From Candidatus Obscuribacterales bacterium (GTDB taxonomy: Bacteria; Cyanobacteriota; Vampirovibrionia; Obscuribacterales; Obscuribacteraceae), in contig JAIEQI010000015.1 in NCBI GenBank assembly GCA_019747875.1, positions 2,269 to 66,268 on the forward strand: 64,000 nucleotides of DNA. The letters run 5' to 3'. Within the stretch, counting starts at the first letter, position 1. Each line of letters starts with the position of its first letter. Below are positions 54,510 through 63,017 of the stretch, one piece after another. Made by a program: the position numbers and the translations under genes. The notes under the pieces are model-generated. The model made no database searches. It was given only the letters and a program-made list of their open reading frames with translations, and was not told the origin of the DNA.

Positions 54510-56918
54510 TTACTTTTCTGCGCTTTTCAATGGCTCGACTGCCAGTACCGGATCCTTCCCCAGCCAGTGCTTTGTATTTAGAACTGGCGTCTGCAAATCG
54601 CCTCTATCGCGCAAAACTTCCGACTCGACCAGTACTTTTAGTCGCTTAAAAGCGTCGAGCATCGATGTTTTTCCCTCATCACTCTGCAGCGCCTCCATCA
54701 GGCAATGTGTGAAAACGCTGTTCTCGTAGTTTTTCGACTCCCATGAAATCTGGTCTGCAAGACTTGAGCAAAGCACCATTTGCCCCTTCCCAATTCTCAT
54801 AGCGTTGCTATCCACTCCCTGGCGGGTTAGACCTTTTTGTCCCTCGCTGACGGCTCCACTGTGACAGACATCCAGAATGAGAATGATGCGATCTGACTTC
54901 ACTTGTTCGGTGACGATGTTTGAAAGCCACTGCATCGGAATCCCGGTAGCCGCGAGGCTGTTTTTGTTGGTATCGTGAGCAACTAAAAAATTCGTACCGC
55001 CAGCCTGATCGGTTGCAGCACTGCCGTGGCTGGAAACGTATACAACTACCAGGTCATCCGGTTTTACGTGAGTTGCCAGCCATTTCTCGCCAAGCAATCC
55101 GATAATGTTCTCTCTGCTCGCGGATTCATCCGTGAGTAGCTTGACGTGATCTGCTTTGAAGTTCTCCTTGTTGATCAAGAAGTTCTTGAAGTCGGTCGCG
55201 TCCTTAGCCGCATACTTCAGGTTTATTGACGAATCCTTGAATGTACTGATGCCGACAACAAGAGCCCATTTATCACCAACAGGACGGTCAGCATCAGGAT
55301 TGGCTTTTATTTCAGGCAATGTCTCAGCTGTTCGCCCACCCGGCAGAACGTTCTTGATTTGGGCCGCGCGCTTCAATAACTCACTGGCTTTCTCTGTGTT
55401 GCCCTGTTCGCCGTATACGCTTGCCAGAGCCGTAAGATCCCCGGCAACCCTGGGAGCATCTTGTCCATAAATGCTTTCGTCTATCGCCAGTGATTTCTTT
55501 AAATAGACCTCGGCATCGTTGAACTTCTTCTGCTTCACATAGAGATTGCCGAGATCGCGGGCACCGCTGGCGGTGACGTAGTTGTTGGGGCCGAGAACCC
55601 GTTCTGAGAGTTCCATCGCCTTCTTGAACAGTGCTTCAGCCTCTTCGTATTTCTGATCTCGGAAATAAGCATGAGCCAACGCGTTCGCCGCTGCTGCGCG
55701 CTCCGGGTGATCGGGTCCCGACTGCCTCTCAATTATTGCCAACGAATTTTGCAGCAGTGATTCTGCTTGTTCGAAGTCTGCCTCTTCTTCCAAAACAAGA
55801 GCCAGATCTCGCATTGTGATCGCGACTTCGATGTTGTCCGCTCCAAGAATTCGCCTCTGGATTTCTAGCGCTTCCTCGATTACTTTCTTCGATTCCTGAT
55901 AGCGGCCGTCTTGCCGCAAGATGTTTCCAAGGCAATCTTTAGCCTTTGCCGTGATTAGGTTGTCTTCCCCATTGAGAAGATTTTGTTCGGTTTTGAGGGC
56001 ACTTTGCACCAACGTTTTTGCTTGCGAATATTTCCCCTGATCGCAAAGCACTCGTCCGAGTTTGACCAGTGTTTCTGCTATATCTGGGTGCTCCGATGGA
56101 TACTGTGCTTCGAAAACCTTCAAAGCATCACGCAAACATTTTTCGGCTTCTGGATAGCGACTTTCTTTTCGGAAAAGATCCGATGCATGCATCAGAATAA
56201 AGCCGCAGTATGGATGCGTTGGTCCGTTGACGGCGGCGCAGTTTGCCAGCGCTTGCCTGTATTCCTCTTCTGCTTTCTTGAAATTACCGAGTTGTTCGTC
56301 GAGTTGTGCGCGGTTGAATTTTGCGTAGGCTATTGCTTCTGTCTTTGGTGATCGTGCCGCAATGTATTCGGTCTTCTCTACGTACTCCTTTTGTTCGCCT
56401 GTCTTGCCCCACAGATAGTAATGTCTGGCTAAGTTTCCTACGGGAAGCAAGCTTCGCAGATCGCCCTTTCCTGAGAGAGATTCGCTCTGTTTCCAAAATT
56501 GCTCAGCTTCTGTGAATCGGCCTTCTGCCTGGTAAATTAGTGCAAGCGAATTGAAGTGATATAAGAAGTAGCGCTGTCCGCGTGGCAATTGCTCTATGAT
56601 TGCCATCGACTTCTTTAGCGTCTCTTCGGCCTCTTTGTATTGACCAAGGCAGCGCAAAGTTTCACCCAGAGAATAAAGCAGTTGTGCTGATTCACGCGGG
56701 CTGTGCTTAATATTGCCTGCCATCGATTCGCATTGACGAAAGATGCGGAGAGCTTCGCGATAATTGCCTCTTTCGTAAGCTTTTAGACCGCTGTTGTAGA
56801 GGCTGATCACCATTGAGCGCTGCGCAAAGGAAGGCGCTGCTGACAAACAAAAAACGCTCATGCATAAAAACATGAGACAAGAAGCAGTCAAGAAATTTGT
56901 GGAGCGTAATCGAGTCAT
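54510..56918 (-). CDS. Exported TPR-repeat protein fused to a C-terminal caspase-family (peptidase C14) domain
   Basis: Signal peptide FLTASCLMFLCMSVFCLSAAPSFA and about 11 KLC-type TPRs. C-terminal 253 aa carry KWALVVGIS, VYVSSHGS (His) and ILDVCHSGA (Cys codon at 54864..54866). Confidence 0.88.
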   Translation of the reverse strand: MTRLRSTNFLTASCLMFLCMSVFCLSAAPSFAQRSMVISLYNSGLKAYERGNYREALRIFRQCESMAGNIKHSPRESAQLLYSLGETLRCLGQYKEAEETLKKSMAIIEQLPRGQRYFLYHFNSLALIYQAEGRFTEAEQFWKQSESLSGKGDLRSLLPVGNLARHYYLWGKTGEQKEYVEKTEYIAARSPKTEAIAYAKFNRAQLDEQLGNFKKAEEEYRQALANCAAVNGPTHPYCGFILMHASDLFRKESRYPEAEKCLRDALKVFEAQYPSEHPDIAETLVKLGRVLCDQGKYSQAKTLVQSALKTEQNLLNGEDNLITAKAKDCLGNILRQDGRYQESKKVIEEALEIQRRILGADNIEVAITMRDLALVLEEEADFEQAESLLQNSLAIIERQSGPDHPERAAAANALAHAYFRDQKYEEAEALFKKAMELSERVLGPNNYVTASGARDLGNLYVKQKKFNDAEVYLKKSLAIDESIYGQDAPRVAGDLTALASVYGEQGNTEKASELLKRAAQIKNVLPGGRTAETLPEIKANPDADRPVGDKWALVVGISTFKDSSINLKYAAKDATDFKNFLINKENFKADHVKLLTDESASRENIIGLLGEKWLATHVKPDDLVVVYVSSHGSAATDQAGGTNFLVAHDTNKNSLAATGIPMQWLSNIVTEQVKSDRIILILDVCHSGAVSEGQKGLTRQGVDSNAMRIGKGQMVLCSSLADQISWESKNYENSVFTHCLMEALQSDEGKTSMLDAFKRLKVLVESEVLRDRGDLQTPVLNTKHWLGKDPVLAVEPLKSAEK

Positions 56919-57006
56919 TGTGATTCCGCAGACATCGCAAGTCGATTATTTTACTATGTGGCTTTCGCTAAAACTCTAGCCGTTGTAATGATTGAATGAT
57001 TGCAAA

Positions 57007-57228
57007 CTAAGCTTCGTATGGGTCGAACAAGTCCAGAGATGCTGGAAACATCTTGCTCAACCGTGAGCTGTCAGGATAGAAATCCGATCTGTCTGCTCCG
57101 GTCGAAAAAGCATCTTCGAATAGTTTTGCATTGAGCGTGTCTGTTGATTGCTCCTGACTTAGAGCATCTCCAGAAGAGAAATCTAGTTGTTCTCGATCGG
57201 CCTGCATTAGACCAGTCCTCTCAACCAC
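57007..57228 (-). CDS. Small acidic hypothetical protein (73 aa)
   Basis: ORF only, non-ATG start. Asp/Glu/Ser-rich with no hydrophobic core evident. Lies directly upstream of the TPR-caspase gene on the same strand. Confidence 0.3.
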   Translation of the reverse strand: MVERTGLMQADREQLDFSSGDALSQEQSTDTLNAKLFEDAFSTGADRSDFYPDSSRLSKMFPASLDLFDPYEA

Positions 57229-57398
57229 CCACCGTACATTAATTATTATTGGAGGATGTTAAGAATACGAGGTGCAGATGCGCTAAAAATTTGCAGGCGA
57301 GTACAGAAGCCACTACATAATTATGCAAAAGCTCTTATTGCTTCTAGATCCGATACTCTGGTCAGTAACCTCGATTTTTAGTTCGTCCGACGGCTGAA

Positions 57399-57905
57399 TT
57401 ATTCATCTCTAGCGCCCCCCATTCCAGGGATGTATTTCTGTTCCTTTGGCGGTGGCGGTGTTGAGCCGGCTTTGATCACGAAGTTATCGCTTGATGCAAT
57501 TATTTTTTCGTTGTACAAAGAACTTTCTGAAGATCCTCTTGTGATGATAAGGCGGAAAGAACCAGGCAGCACCTGAGAGCCGTCAGCGTAGTAATCAGGC
57601 AATAGGATTGACTGTCCGGATGGATTGGAGCCCTTCACTGATGCTTTTGTCCTCTTGTCCAAACCGCATGTTTGGAATGACGGTTTGAATAATAATCGTG
57701 CACGTCCGGAACCCTGCAAGTAGTACTTGATTAGCAGCGGCTTTTCGTTAGCGTTCTGTGCTGCGGTTGGTGGGAGAATCTGAATATACTGCCCAACAGT
57801 GAATTCCTTTCCTGCAGCAGGGGAACTAAGCTTGTCTTCCGCAAAGCAAGAATCCGAGCAAATAATGCTCAAGGAAGTAAGAACAATTCCAAGACGATAC
57901 TTCAT
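57399..57905 (-). CDS. Secreted hypothetical protein
   Basis: Signal peptide MKYRLGIVLTSLSIICSDSCFA from ATG 57905 (the track starts at 57926). Confidence 0.55.
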   Translation of the reverse strand: MKYRLGIVLTSLSIICSDSCFAEDKLSSPAAGKEFTVGQYIQILPPTAAQNANEKPLLIKYYLQGSGRARLLFKPSFQTCGLDKRTKASVKGSNPSGQSILLPDYYADGSQVLPGSFRLIITRGSSESSLYNEKIIASSDNFVIKAGSTPPPPKEQKYIPGMGGARDE

Positions 57906-57984
57906 ATTGAACCTTCGAATTTGCAATAACCTTATTGTGCCATTAGGGAGACTATTTTATTCAGGTGGGAAGTGCTGAGTCTGA

Positions 57985-58023
57985 GCTCCAAAAGGAAGAG
58001 GCTGATGCGTCTGCACCAGCCTC
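57985..58023 (-). terminator. Terminator-like hairpin after the small basic ORF
   Basis: GAGGCTG .. CAGCCTC stem (57998..58023), followed on the minus strand by TTCCTTTT. Confidence 0.5.
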
Positions 58024-58044
58024 GCAGTTCAATTTAGCGCAACA

Positions 58045-58146
58045 CTATTTGCTGCGTTTCTTTGAGCTCTTGTCCGCCTTTTTCTGCTTTTGAGTCTTTT
58101 GGGCGGGCTTTTTTTGTTCCTTTTTCTGATTCTGTCCTTTAGCCAT
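58045..58146 (-). CDS. Very small, highly basic peptide (33 aa)
   Basis: GAGAGGA 7 nt upstream of ATG 58146. Reads MAKGQNQKKEQKKPAQKTQKQKKADKSSKKRSK then TAG at 58047..58045. A hairpin plus T-tract follows. Below the track length cut-off. Confidence 0.4.
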   Translation of the reverse strand: MAKGQNQKKEQKKPAQKTQKQKKADKSSKKRSK

Positions 58147-58556
58147 TTTTTGATCCTCTCTAAATAAAGTTGTGCTCTCTTGAGTTCAACCTCAAAAAAC
58201 AGGCCCGCCAGCTTTTTTTCTTTTGCTATTGCTTCTGTCCAAATTTATGACGACGGACTTGGAAAAACGTTTCGAAAATCCCAGAAATTTCTTTGGGAAT
58301 ATTTTCGGAGGCAACTCTCTAGCAATTTAATTGTACCCTTTCTCATACGCAAATTGCCGTTGGCAAGCTCAGAAGATGCAAAATGTCAAAACTAGTTCTG
58401 CCGCCGAGTTTTTCCACTGTCAACTGGTGGTCTTGTAGAACACGCACCTGGAACGAAGAAATGAATTGATGAAAGTATTGTAGGATTGAGGGGAAGCAAC
58501 AAGAGAAGCAAACTGACAAAGTCGGGCGCTGTTGGACTGATTTCTGGAAGAAGCAA

Positions 58557-59042
58557 TTGAGCAAATCATCTGTGCGAATTTTTGTAGATGCTGATGCGTG
58601 CCCTGGCGTGGTCAAAGATATTATTATGCGCGCAGCAACTAGTCGAAAAGTGCAGGCTATCTTCGTTGCTAACAAGGTTTTGCCTCTACCGGCATCTGAG
58701 TTCCTGAAGCAGGAGACAGTTGCTGCCGGGTTGGACAAAGCTGATCAGTTCATCGCAGAGGATGCTGACGTCCGTGATTTGGTAGTAACAGCTGATGTGC
58801 CCCTCGCTCATATCTTAGTGAAGAAGGGAATAGTTGCGATCAATCCACGCGGATTGATTTACACAGAGGACAATATCGGTGACCGAATTTCAGTGCGTGA
58901 TCTGCTAAGTGATCTCAGAGATGCAGGTGAAATGACCAGCGGACCCAAGCCCTTCGGCGACAAGGAGAAACGCGCGTTCGCCGCCAGCTTCGACCGTGTG
59001 CTCACACAGCTACAAAGACGCTTTCCTACTCGCGAAGCATGA
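58557..59042 (+). CDS. YaiI/YqxD-family protein (UPF0178, DUF188)
   Basis: RIFVDADACPGVVKDII near the N-terminus and ~160-aa size typical of UPF0178. TTG start. Confidence 0.78.
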   Translation: MSKSSVRIFVDADACPGVVKDIIMRAATSRKVQAIFVANKVLPLPASEFLKQETVAAGLDKADQFIAEDADVRDLVVTADVPLAHILVKKGIVAINPRGLIYTEDNIGDRISVRDLLSDLRDAGEMTSGPKPFGDKEKRAFAASFDRVLTQLQRRFPTREA

Positions 59043-59574
59043 AGACCCACGGCATGTACGGCTGAACTTTCATAGTGTGGCAGCCATCAAGTTTTCGCTG
59101 AAGATCTCCGAAGGACGAATCGATTTTGTGATAATTCTCGCTTGCGGCTTCGGGATCAACATGCTCCTGCGCCTGCAAATAGTTCATCGCAAATTGCGCG
59201 TAATTAATTACCTTCTCTGCAAGAGCTGCTTGATCCAAGCTACCCGCATTCTCTTGCTCAGCTACCCACTGAGTAATGTCCCCTAGAACCTTGTCCGGTG
59301 CCGGTCCGTCAAGAAGCGCTGGATCGCCCTTTCCTTTTGGTATGCCATCGCTAGAGATCTCGCCGTTCTCATTTCCATACAACGACTCAAACTTTGGCAG
59401 CCCCTTCTCATCGACGGCGGTACCATGTTCATCACGTTTGATACCATGCTTTTTGTCGAATCCGTCCCAAGCTTCTTGCCTGCACTTATCCAGGATATCC
59501 TGCTCGGACTCTTGTCCAGCTGTCTCTTCCATTTTCTCTGGCGGATCAGATTTTGTGTTTTCAGATTTATCCAT
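59026..59574 (-). CDS. Acidic hypothetical protein (182 aa)
   Basis: ORF with ATG 59574 (MDKSENTKSD). Its 3' end overlaps the convergent yaiI-like gene by 17 nt. Confidence 0.5.
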   Translation of the reverse strand: MDKSENTKSDPPEKMEETAGQESEQDILDKCRQEAWDGFDKKHGIKRDEHGTAVDEKGLPKFESLYGNENGEISSDGIPKGKGDPALLDGPAPDKVLGDITQWVAEQENAGSLDQAALAEKVINYAQFAMNYLQAQEHVDPEAASENYHKIDSSFGDLQRKLDGCHTMKVQPYMPWVFMLRE

Positions 59575-59808
59575 AGTAAGTTCCTGCTGTGTGCCTGCTT
59601 TCAAGGTACGCGAATCGAATACATAGGTAAATAAGCTAGTCCGCAAACGGGCTGGGCGTATCCCGCAAAAGACATGGGAATTAGATCAGCCACGATCTGC
59701 ATATTTGTGCAGTTCTTGCGCCACGTTGACCGATTTTGGCGGAGGAATCATAGGCTGTGAGGTGCTAAACTAGCCGGTCGTTCAATCAACCGACGCAGGA
59801 GGTAAGAA

Positions 59809-60177
59809 ATGAGTTTCTTTCGCAAGCATTTGACTGATGTTGCTGTCGATAGTTTTACGCAATATCTGATGGAAAAGTTTGAAAAGATCAAACAATTGGA
59901 TTTGGATAAGGACGGACAAAAAGACGTCGACCAGATGATGGCGATCCTCGAAAACTGCAGCGTGTTAGCAAAACGTGCAATTGACACTACCGATTTTCAA
60001 AAGATTGCAGCTGGCATTGAGCAAATGATGGCAGGAATCAATATGGTTCAGGGCGCTGTCGATGGGCAATCGCTCAAGGCGATCGGTTCAGAGATGGGAG
60101 TCGGCCTGCAGAAACTCGGACATCTGGCGTCCCTCGGAATCAAGGAAGTGAAAGAAAAGGGCACACTTACTGACTAA
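59809..60177 (+). CDS. Hypothetical protein (122 aa) with a DxDxDG-type loop
   Basis: ORF with ATG 59809 preceded by AGGAGG. Contains LDLDKDGQKDVDQ, which only partly matches an EF-hand loop. Confidence 0.5.
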   Translation: MSFFRKHLTDVAVDSFTQYLMEKFEKIKQLDLDKDGQKDVDQMMAILENCSVLAKRAIDTTDFQKIAAGIEQMMAGINMVQGAVDGQSLKAIGSEMGVGLQKLGHLASLGIKEVKEKGTLTD

Positions 60178-60449
60178 CAGAACGCTCACCCTGCAGCTTG
60201 CGCCTACCTAGATGACCGGGCGATTCGACCTTATCATTGAGTAAAGTAGATTTGAATCCGGCCTGATCTCGCCGACGCTCCAGGGATCGACAGCGCAACC
60301 ATGTGAAAGCTTTGTCCGTTGACCAGGACGGCCGTGTTCTCTGCACAGAGAAAAGCAAATAAATTGCTAAGTCTAATTGCCAGGTGTTTGCGCTGGGGGC
60401 CCAGGGGGCATAGGATTATGTGCCCGGGTGCTCTTCTCAGTTGGCTTAA

Positions 60450-61973
60450 ATGTCCAAATCGCCTCTCCCACGGTTCTTTATAGCAAATTCGGTTGATGGA
60501 GAGCCTCAACCGCCGACCACACCTGTGCGTGTCGTTGATCATTTCATCACGGCAGGGCGGCACAGAGCTGAAGCTGAGTATGTCATTGCCATCGATATGA
60601 ATGGCAACCCTTGCACGATTGGTGAACGCGAGCTGCAAGAAAATAGCAGTGAGTTGCATGCGCAACTTGCATATAGCGGCGTAACGCAACCATTGACGCG
60701 CTCGTTAGCGATAAATCAGTTCTATGTTTTTACTATCGAGTATTTTGAAAGACCTGATGATGCCCCTGGCTTCAATGATCCCGTCCATCTGTATGGAAAT
60801 ATATTTGGACCCGTGCCCGACGAGTCGGCACCGCTTGCCACGCCTGGGCAGCTTACAGTGACGAGAGCCGACATTCTGGCCGGGATGTTGGCGAGTGCGC
60901 CATACCCGTTCCATTATGAATCGACTGGTGGTTTATGGTCGCGATGTTTCAATATGCTCTTGCCGGGCGGGCGCGAAGATGAAACATCTCGTGGTGATGC
61001 ACTCATCCTTGCCTATCCGATACCAACTTCCGGTGTGCTTTCTGCCGATGGTTCAAACGAATTGACGGCTATGCAATTGCTTTATGATGTTCTTTTTGAT
61101 CTCAGGGCTGAATTGGAGCGCCACCAAATGCGGCGCCATCGCCTGCAGGATATGATCTTGCCTGTACCAAGTCGGCGTGCGCTGGAAACTCAGCTTGAAG
61201 GCAAGGGCTATGTCATTAAAGGCGATGTGGCGATTCGCCGGGCCGGTGGCAATAACAAAGTTGTCGGTGCTTTGAGCCAGATATTCAAGAGTCTGGAAGA
61301 TCGCTTGGAGCTGCCGCCGCAGGCTACTATCGAACAACTTCTCGACATTGCGAAGATGACGTTAACAACGTTGCCGGGATGGCCTCCGCCGCAGAGTCGT
61401 TCAATTCAATCGAAGACTTCACAAGCAAGTGCCGAGTTGATGGCACGGGCGTCATCCCCGCGTGGCGCGTCGAATCTTCCGCAGATTCCTGTTTGTGGAT
61501 CAACTCCGCAGCGAACGCGAAAGAGACCAGAGGATTGGCTTCGCGATTTTGGCGGAGGCAGTAAACAAAATCCCGATCTAACGCCGCCCCTACCTCATCC
61601 AAAGACGGGTCCTCTGGCGGGATCGAATTTGGGCAAGAAAACCGGTGAGGTTGATGCCCACTTAAGAAAGCCCGCTTCCCAGAATTCAAGTGCAATTGAG
61701 CACGCCGGTCATGGGCAGGTCTCGAAGCATGCTCCTGCCAATGTCGGTACTGGTTCTCAACCAGACTGGATGTCAGATTTTGGGTCCGATACCAGAGATG
61801 ATTTTTCTTCCGTTCAGCAAAAGCAAGCGCACCCGACCACGAGGGAAGAGTCTCGGAAGCCGGATAAGCAGAACAACGGAGGGGATTCCAAGAAACAGCC
61901 ACCAGCGAAACCGCAACCAAAAAAGAATGAAGAATCCAAGAGTGACCCTGATTGGATGGACGATTTTAAGTGA
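60450..61973 (+). CDS. Orphan protein (507 aa): structured N-domain plus a disordered tail with three DW[LM]xDF motifs
   Basis: Long ORF. The tail holds PEDWLRDFGGG (61533..61550), QPDWMSDFGSD (61764..61781) and DPDWMDDFK-stop (61950..61967). Confidence 0.7.
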   Translation: MSKSPLPRFFIANSVDGEPQPPTTPVRVVDHFITAGRHRAEAEYVIAIDMNGNPCTIGERELQENSSELHAQLAYSGVTQPLTRSLAINQFYVFTIEYFERPDDAPGFNDPVHLYGNIFGPVPDESAPLATPGQLTVTRADILAGMLASAPYPFHYESTGGLWSRCFNMLLPGGREDETSRGDALILAYPIPTSGVLSADGSNELTAMQLLYDVLFDLRAELERHQMRRHRLQDMILPVPSRRALETQLEGKGYVIKGDVAIRRAGGNNKVVGALSQIFKSLEDRLELPPQATIEQLLDIAKMTLTTLPGWPPPQSRSIQSKTSQASAELMARASSPRGASNLPQIPVCGSTPQRTRKRPEDWLRDFGGGSKQNPDLTPPLPHPKTGPLAGSNLGKKTGEVDAHLRKPASQNSSAIEHAGHGQVSKHAPANVGTGSQPDWMSDFGSDTRDDFSSVQQKQAHPTTREESRKPDKQNNGGDSKKQPPAKPQPKKNEESKSDPDWMDDFK

Positions 61974-62059
61974 TACGATCTGCAATTAACTGTCGGTACT
62001 CAAGTCCTTCGCTCCACATTAAATGCGGAGATGAAGTCAAGTAAAGCACGAGGTGAACT

Positions 62060-62992
62060 ATGTCTGACCACGAACGTCCAGTTGAGCCGTTTTCCGATAT
62101 CCACTTCGAAGAAGGTCATGTTCGCGCAACTCTATTGCACGATCCAACGGTCGAAGGCTTGGACATGGCGATTTATCTGGATGGCTCAGGCAGCATGAAG
62201 GATGAGTACAAGAACAAAGTGAAGGGCGGGCTCTTCAACTGGATATTCGGTAAGCCGCCTGTTGTTGAAGATAACATGGTCGAACCTCAGGTTCGCTGGA
62301 TATTGGAGTATCTCGCCACTAAGGATCGCAACGGAGAGTTGCGCGTGGCCTACTGGGCTTGCGGTGATGGCACCAGGATCGAAGTCATTGGTGATCTCAA
62401 AGGCGTTGACGTTCAAAGTTATAAATTTCCTGGTCCCAAAGAGTTTGGTTCGCATACAATTTTGGCGCCAGCGATCCGCAATTACGTTGAGTACCTGAGG
62501 AAACAGGTTAAACAAGGTGCCAAGCGCGGTTGTGCGGTCTTCATTACTGACGGCGAAATTCACGACGAGGAAGAAGTGAAACGTGTTTGTTCGAACATCT
62601 GCCGTGAAATGGCACGAGGGCAATTGCCGAGAACTAACTTCATCCTTGTCGGCGTCGGCAATCAAGTCAATGAAGAACAAATGGAAGAAATCTGCCACGA
62701 AGAATATCCGGGTGTTGGTCACCTCTGGTGTCACCGCGTCGCCGAAGAAATTGGACAGATTTCGGAACTGGTTGCAGTCCTCGTTGACGAGACAATGACG
62801 GTTGCAGCCGGTGGCACCATATATGATGACAAAGGTAATGTGCTGAAAATTTACGAAGCACGCCTACCTGCCATTTTAGAATTCACTGTGCCGGAAGGCT
62901 GCCGAAGCTTCACGCTTGAAGTAAACGGGCAGCAGTTCACGCAGCCGCTGCCTAAGGATGAGCATCACAAAGAAATCGCGCGTCATCACTAA
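62060..62992 (+). CDS. vWA-domain protein, paralogue 1 (complete MIDAS)
   Basis: MIDAS elements YLDGSGSM, GSHT and FITDGEIHD. Conserved EEICHEEYPGVGHLWCHR. C-terminal beta-rich ~80 aa. AGGTGA upstream of the ATG. Confidence 0.8.
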   Translation: MSDHERPVEPFSDIHFEEGHVRATLLHDPTVEGLDMAIYLDGSGSMKDEYKNKVKGGLFNWIFGKPPVVEDNMVEPQVRWILEYLATKDRNGELRVAYWACGDGTRIEVIGDLKGVDVQSYKFPGPKEFGSHTILAPAIRNYVEYLRKQVKQGAKRGCAVFITDGEIHDEEEVKRVCSNICREMARGQLPRTNFILVGVGNQVNEEQMEEICHEEYPGVGHLWCHRVAEEIGQISELVAVLVDETMTVAAGGTIYDDKGNVLKIYEARLPAILEFTVPEGCRSFTLEVNGQQFTQPLPKDEHHKEIARHH

Positions 62993-63017
62993 TCATTTGT
63001 AGATCTGTGGAGGTAAC

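Noticed and set aside
56919-57926. Gasdermin-like partner next to the caspase-TPR gene
   Set aside because: The neighbouring ORFs are 73 aa (acidic) and 168 aa (secreted), not the roughly 240-270-aa size range of bacterial gasdermins. The protease itself appears exported, so I do not call a gasdermin-type system.
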